The position numbers were made by a program, and so were the translations under genes. From Methanosphaera stadtmanae DSM 3091 (GTDB lineage Archaea > Methanobacteriota > Methanobacteria > Methanobacteriales > Methanobacteriaceae), in assembly GCF_000012545.1 (NCBI RefSeq), contig NC_007681.1:120001-152000 (forward strand): a stretch of DNA of 32,000 nucleotides, written 5' to 3'. Below are positions 28,609 to 32,000 of the stretch, one piece after another. Each line of letters starts with the position of its first letter. Position 1 is the stretch's first letter. Below the pieces are notes generated by a model that was not told the DNA's origin, made no database searches, and worked only from the letters and a program-made list of their open reading frames with translations.

Positions 28609-30216
28609 ATGGTACAAAATAACCAACAACCATTAATAGTTCTAGCTGATGGTTCTACACGAACAAGTGGTAGTCAAGCAACTAAAAACAATATAATGGC
28701 TGCAAAACTATTATCCAACGTACTTAAAACAACATTAGGTCCAAGAGGAATGGACAAAATGTTAATTAACTCTATTGGTGATGTGAAAATAACCAACGAT
28801 GGTTACACAGTACTTAAAGAAACAGAACCAGATCATCCTGCAGCAAAAATGATTGTAGACCTTGCAAAAATGCAAGAAGAAGAATATGGTGATGGAACAA
28901 CAACAGCAGTAGTGTTAGTTGGAGAAATATTAAAAGAAGCAGAAAAACTAATTGAACAAGGAATACCAACATCCACAATAGTAAAAGGATTTGAAGAATC
29001 AAAAAACAAAACCCTTGAAGTATTAGATGAAATAGCAATTCCTGCTCAAGAAGAAGAACTAATAAACGTTGCAAGAACATCCATGTCTGGAAAAGGATCT
29101 TTTACAAACCTTGATAAAATGGCAAAAGAATTAGTTGAAGCATTACTAAATGTTGAAGAAGATGGCCAAATAGATCAAGACATGATCAAAATCAGAAAAA
29201 TCCATGGAGAAGGTACAGAAGACACAGAAATCTCAGAATGTGTAACTGTAGATAAAAATGTTTTAGAATCAGAAATGCCAAAAGATGTTAAAGATGCTAA
29301 AATAGCACTTCTACAATATCCAATGGATGCAAGAGAACTACAAAATGATGCTAAAATAAAACTCACCACACCAGGTGAATACCAAGCATACTTAGATAAA
29401 GAAGCACAAATGCTTCAAGATGAAGTACAAAAACTTGTAGATGCAGGAGTAACAGTACTCTTCAACAACAAAAAAATCAGTGACCTATGTCAACACTACC
29501 TTACAAAAGCTGGAATACTAACAGCAAAAAGAGTAAAAGCAGGAGATCTTGAAAGATTATCCAAAGCAACAGGTGCAAACATAGTAAATGATATTAAAGA
29601 ACTTACAAGTGATGATCTTGGAGAAGCAGGTCATGTATATGAAAGAGAAGTATTTGAAGACAGAGAATACATATTCATAGAAGACTGTAAATATGCTGGA
29701 GTTTTAAACATCATAATCAGAGGAAGTACAAAACACATTACTGATCAACTAGAACAAGCAATCAACGATGCAATAGGAGCAGTAATAAAAACAAGACAAG
29801 ATGATAAAGCACTTCCTGGAGGAGGAGCAGCAGATATTGCAGCATCCAAAGCCTTAAGAAAATATGCAAATAAATTCACTGATAAAGAACAATTAGTAAT
29901 TAAAGCATATGCTGATGCATTAGAACAATTACCAGTAGCTTTAGCTAAAAATGCTGGAATGGACACAATAGATGTCTTAACAAAACTTTTAGCAAAACAA
30001 AATGAATCCACAAATATGGGAGTAAATGTAATAAAAAGAGATGTATCTGATATGAAAGCAGATAAAATCCTTGATTCACAAAATTCCAAAAAAGCAATAG
30101 TAGAATCAGCTACAGAAATAGCAGGTGAAATACTACGTATTGATGATGTGGTATCAACAAAACCAATGACTCCTGTAGGTGGAGACATGCCTGGAACACC
30201 AAATCCATACATGTAA
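28609..30216 (+). CDS. thermosome subunit (second group II chaperonin paralog)
   Basis: [28 protein letters not shown]. The C-terminal tail is GGDMPGTPNPYM. An RBS tggagga precedes the ATG. Confidence 0.95.
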   Translation: MVQNNQQPLIVLADGSTRTSGSQATKNNIMAAKLLSNVLKTTLGPRGMDKMLINSIGDVKITNDGYTVLKETEPDHPAAKMIVDLAKMQEEEYGDGTTTAVVLVGEILKEAEKLIEQGIPTSTIVKGFEESKNKTLEVLDEIAIPAQEEELINVARTSMSGKGSFTNLDKMAKELVEALLNVEEDGQIDQDMIKIRKIHGEGTEDTEISECVTVDKNVLESEMPKDVKDAKIALLQYPMDARELQNDAKIKLTTPGEYQAYLDKEAQMLQDEVQKLVDAGVTVLFNNKKISDLCQHYLTKAGILTAKRVKAGDLERLSKATGANIVNDIKELTSDDLGEAGHVYEREVFEDREYIFIEDCKYAGVLNIIIRGSTKHITDQLEQAINDAIGAVIKTRQDDKALPGGGAADIAASKALRKYANKFTDKEQLVIKAYADALEQLPVALAKNAGMDTIDVLTKLLAKQNESTNMGVNVIKRDVSDMKADKILDSQNSKKAIVESATEIAGEILRIDDVVSTKPMTPVGGDMPGTPNPYM

Positions 30217-30221
30217 ACAAT

Positions 30222-30259
30222 AAGAAGATTAAGATAACTTCTTAATAATCTTCTTTTTT
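30222..30259 (+). terminator. hairpin plus T-run terminator after thermosome gene 2
   Basis: AAGAAGATTA (30222-30231) pairs with TAATCTTCTT (30246-30255) and is followed by TTTT. Confidence 0.5.
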
Positions 30260-30301
30260 AAAAACTAGTTTTAATTCATATTTAAAAAAAGTAAAAATTA
30301 G

Positions 30302-30870
30302 TTAATAAACTATTTCTTTATTATCTTTCAATTGATGTTGTCGTAGTAGATATATAATTACTACAGGAATAATTACTCCTAAATAATTAAATGACATACC
30401 TATTATTTTAAATGCCACTCCAAAAGATATTAAAGTTGTAATTATTAGAAAAATTCTCAAAACATTACTTGTTATTAAGTATTTGCTCTACCATATAGTA
30501 TATAAAAATCTATTCCCCACACACATAAAGGTACTAAATTAATAAGTTCTAAAAATATAAAATAGGTTAAAGAATATCCTTCATGTTGGAAATGTTCAAT
30601 AGTACTTGTATTATCAAAATTTTTTGTTATTTTAGCTTTTATAAAAATATCCTCTCTTAGATGAATAATAGCATATAGACACATTATTCCAAAAATACCT
30701 GGAAGCCATAATGTATATTTTCCTGGAAATATAAGTTCTGGAATAATATATGTGACAATTAACATAGGTAAAAATGACATGAATGAGTGAATTATTGCTA
30801 CTTTTCCTCTAGGTTCAAAAGCTAATGCATTTGTTAATACACCTAATTTATATAATAAATAATGAATCAT
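30302..30870 (-). pseudogene. frameshifted paralog of the downstream-listed membrane protein gene (copy A)
   Basis: ORF 30475-30870 is identical to copy B except for one residue (E/G) over ~115 aa, then terminates (..YGRANT*). The cause is one base missing at 30489/30490 relative to copy B. The -1-shifted frame stays open to 30302 and still encodes homologous sequence (SKYLIT...ITTLISFGVAFKIIG...). Confidence 0.6.
30469..30832. repeat. 364-bp direct repeat, copy A (partner 31150-31514)
   Basis: Hand alignment shows 3 substitutions plus a 1-nt indel across ~365 nt. A second shared block is 30409-30453 = 31009-31053. Confidence 0.9.
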
Positions 30871-30985
30871 GTGATTATATATTTTTTCATGACTTTTTCA
30901 TTGTTTAAAGATCAGATTTAATATTCAAAAATCTAAACTATATGAAAAAATAAGTAATTAAGTATACAAATTATTCACCTCCTTG

Positions 30986-31696
30986 TTAATAAGTTATACC
31001 AGCTATTCTAAATGCCACTCCAAAAGATATTAAAGTTGTAATCATTAGAAAAAGCCACCAACCATTTCTTGTTTTCAAATCAAATGGCATAAATTTATCT
31101 GTTATCTCGGGAAATACTATTAGAAATTCTACTATTAAACATATGATTATTGTTATTAAGTATTTGCTCTGACCATATAGTATATAAAAATCTATTCCCC
31201 ACACACATAAAGGTACTAAATTAATAAGTCCTAAAAATATAAAATAGGTTAAAGAATATCCTTCATGTTGAAAATGTTCAATAGTACTTGTATTATCAAA
31301 ATTTTTTGTTATTTTAGCTTTTATAAAAATATCTTCTCTTAGATGAATAATAGCATATAGACACATTATTCCAAAAATACCTGGAAGCCATAATGTATAT
31401 TTTCCTGGAAATATAAGTTCTGGAATAATATATGTGACAATTAACATAGGTAAAAATGACATGAATGAGTGAATTATTGCTACTTTTCCTCTAGGTTCAA
31501 AAGCTAATGCATTTTCATATTTTTCATTAAAAATTGGTTTATCTAATTTTTTATTAAGAAAAATATATATTGGTCTTAAAATATATTTTCCCCATAAAAT
31601 CATAAAGGGGATTGAGATAACAATTCCTATTAAAAAAATTATCATTTCAGGGGATTGTGGTGCTCCACGTCCTACAATCATTAATTTAACCTCCAT
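30986..31696 (-). CDS. polytopic membrane protein of unknown function (copy B, about 6 TM)
   Basis: Six hydrophobic segments and no recognisable family motif. The ATG at 31681 (M6) is preceded by GGAGGT, which is formed by codons 1-3 of the longer ORF, so it may be the true start. Confidence 0.65.
   Translation of the reverse strand: MEVKLMIVGRGAPQSPEMIIFLIGIVISIPFMILWGKYILRPIYIFLNKKLDKPIFNEKYENALAFEPRGKVAIIHSFMSFLPMLIVTYIIPELIFPGKYTLWLPGIFGIMCLYAIIHLREDIFIKAKITKNFDNTSTIEHFQHEGYSLTYFIFLGLINLVPLCVWGIDFYILYGQSKYLITIIICLIVEFLIVFPEITDKFMPFDLKTRNGWWLFLMITTLISFGVAFRIAGITY
31150..31514. repeat. 365-bp direct repeat, copy B (partner 30469-30832)
   Basis: See copy A. Confidence 0.9.
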
Positions 31697-31750
31697 AATA
31701 TAGTATTATTTTCAATTTCTTTTTATATAATAAACATATTTTAACCTATT

Positions 31751-32000
31751 TTAATCATTTGGGTGGTATCTACAACATTCTACAAAAGCACTACATCCTA
31801 CTCCTGTTTCAAATGTTTTAGCATACTCATGTAAATATGATGAATATGTAGTTAATCCTTTATTGCATAATACTGTTCTAGTAGCTATTGTAACTTGTTT
31901 ATGTAGGGCTTTTTCAGCTATTCTGGCAATTTTTACTTCTCCACTTCCTGGAAGACATGACATAAAGATGGAGATTGCTGCATTTTCTGCATAATATGGA
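31751..32000 (-). CDS. Cys-rich hypothetical protein, C-terminal part; the ORF is open at the window edge
   Basis: The reading frame continues upstream of M at 31963 (..PYYAENAAISIF-MSCLPGSGEV..) without a stop to position 32000. C-terminal GVGCSAFVECCRYHPND suggests a metal or redox site. No family could be assigned. Confidence 0.45.
   Translation of the reverse strand, partial: PYYAENAAISIFMSCLPGSGEVKIARIAEKALHKQVTIATRTVLCNKGLTTYSSYLHEYAKTFETGVGCSAFVECCRYHPND

Overview
This is an AT-rich archaeal chromosomal window, roughly 30% GC by eye, with intergenic regions that are almost pure A/T. The gene content points to a methanogen of the Methanobacteriales, possibly Methanosphaera-like. That assignment is an inference from an HMf-type histone, two thermosome paralogs, an Hdr-like CBA cluster, cyclic-2,3-diphosphoglycerate synthetase and an MtaA-type methyltransferase.

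Most of the window is core metabolism:
- dapA(partial)-dapB-asd-PAP2 operon
- MtaA-like methyltransferase
- two group II chaperonin genes
- mevalonate-pathway HMG-CoA synthase plus thiolase (minus strand)
- ACT-domain protein
- ArsR/SmtB regulator plus P1B-type Zn/Cd ATPase cassette
- histone
- tRNA-Cys immediately upstream of cysS
- hdrC-hdrB-hdrA-like operon followed by a UvrD/PcrA-like SF1 helicase
- cDPG synthetase
- a tandem pair of near-identical membrane-protein genes

I found no CRISPR array, transposase, integrase, rRNA or obvious prophage, and I cannot point to a clear multi-gene novel defence system.

The items most worth follow-up:
1. A 1104-aa protein that is almost entirely coiled coil and ends in a winged-helix-like domain.
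2. An HdrA fused to an MvhD-like domain in which every cluster-ligand cysteine I expect is replaced. It sits in a divergent hdrCBA operon that is tightly followed by an SF1 helicase.
3. A 35-aa very basic ORF with a perfect Shine-Dalgarno, too short for the supplied ORF track.
4. A bacterial-style TGAA-N6-TTCA operator over the archaeal promoter of the ArsR/ATPase cassette, and an unusual Cys/His-rich N-terminus on the ATPase.
5. The tRNA-Cys/cysS pairing.
6. A more than 99% identical 364-bp duplication in which one paralog carries a 1-nt frameshift and an 81-nt deletion.
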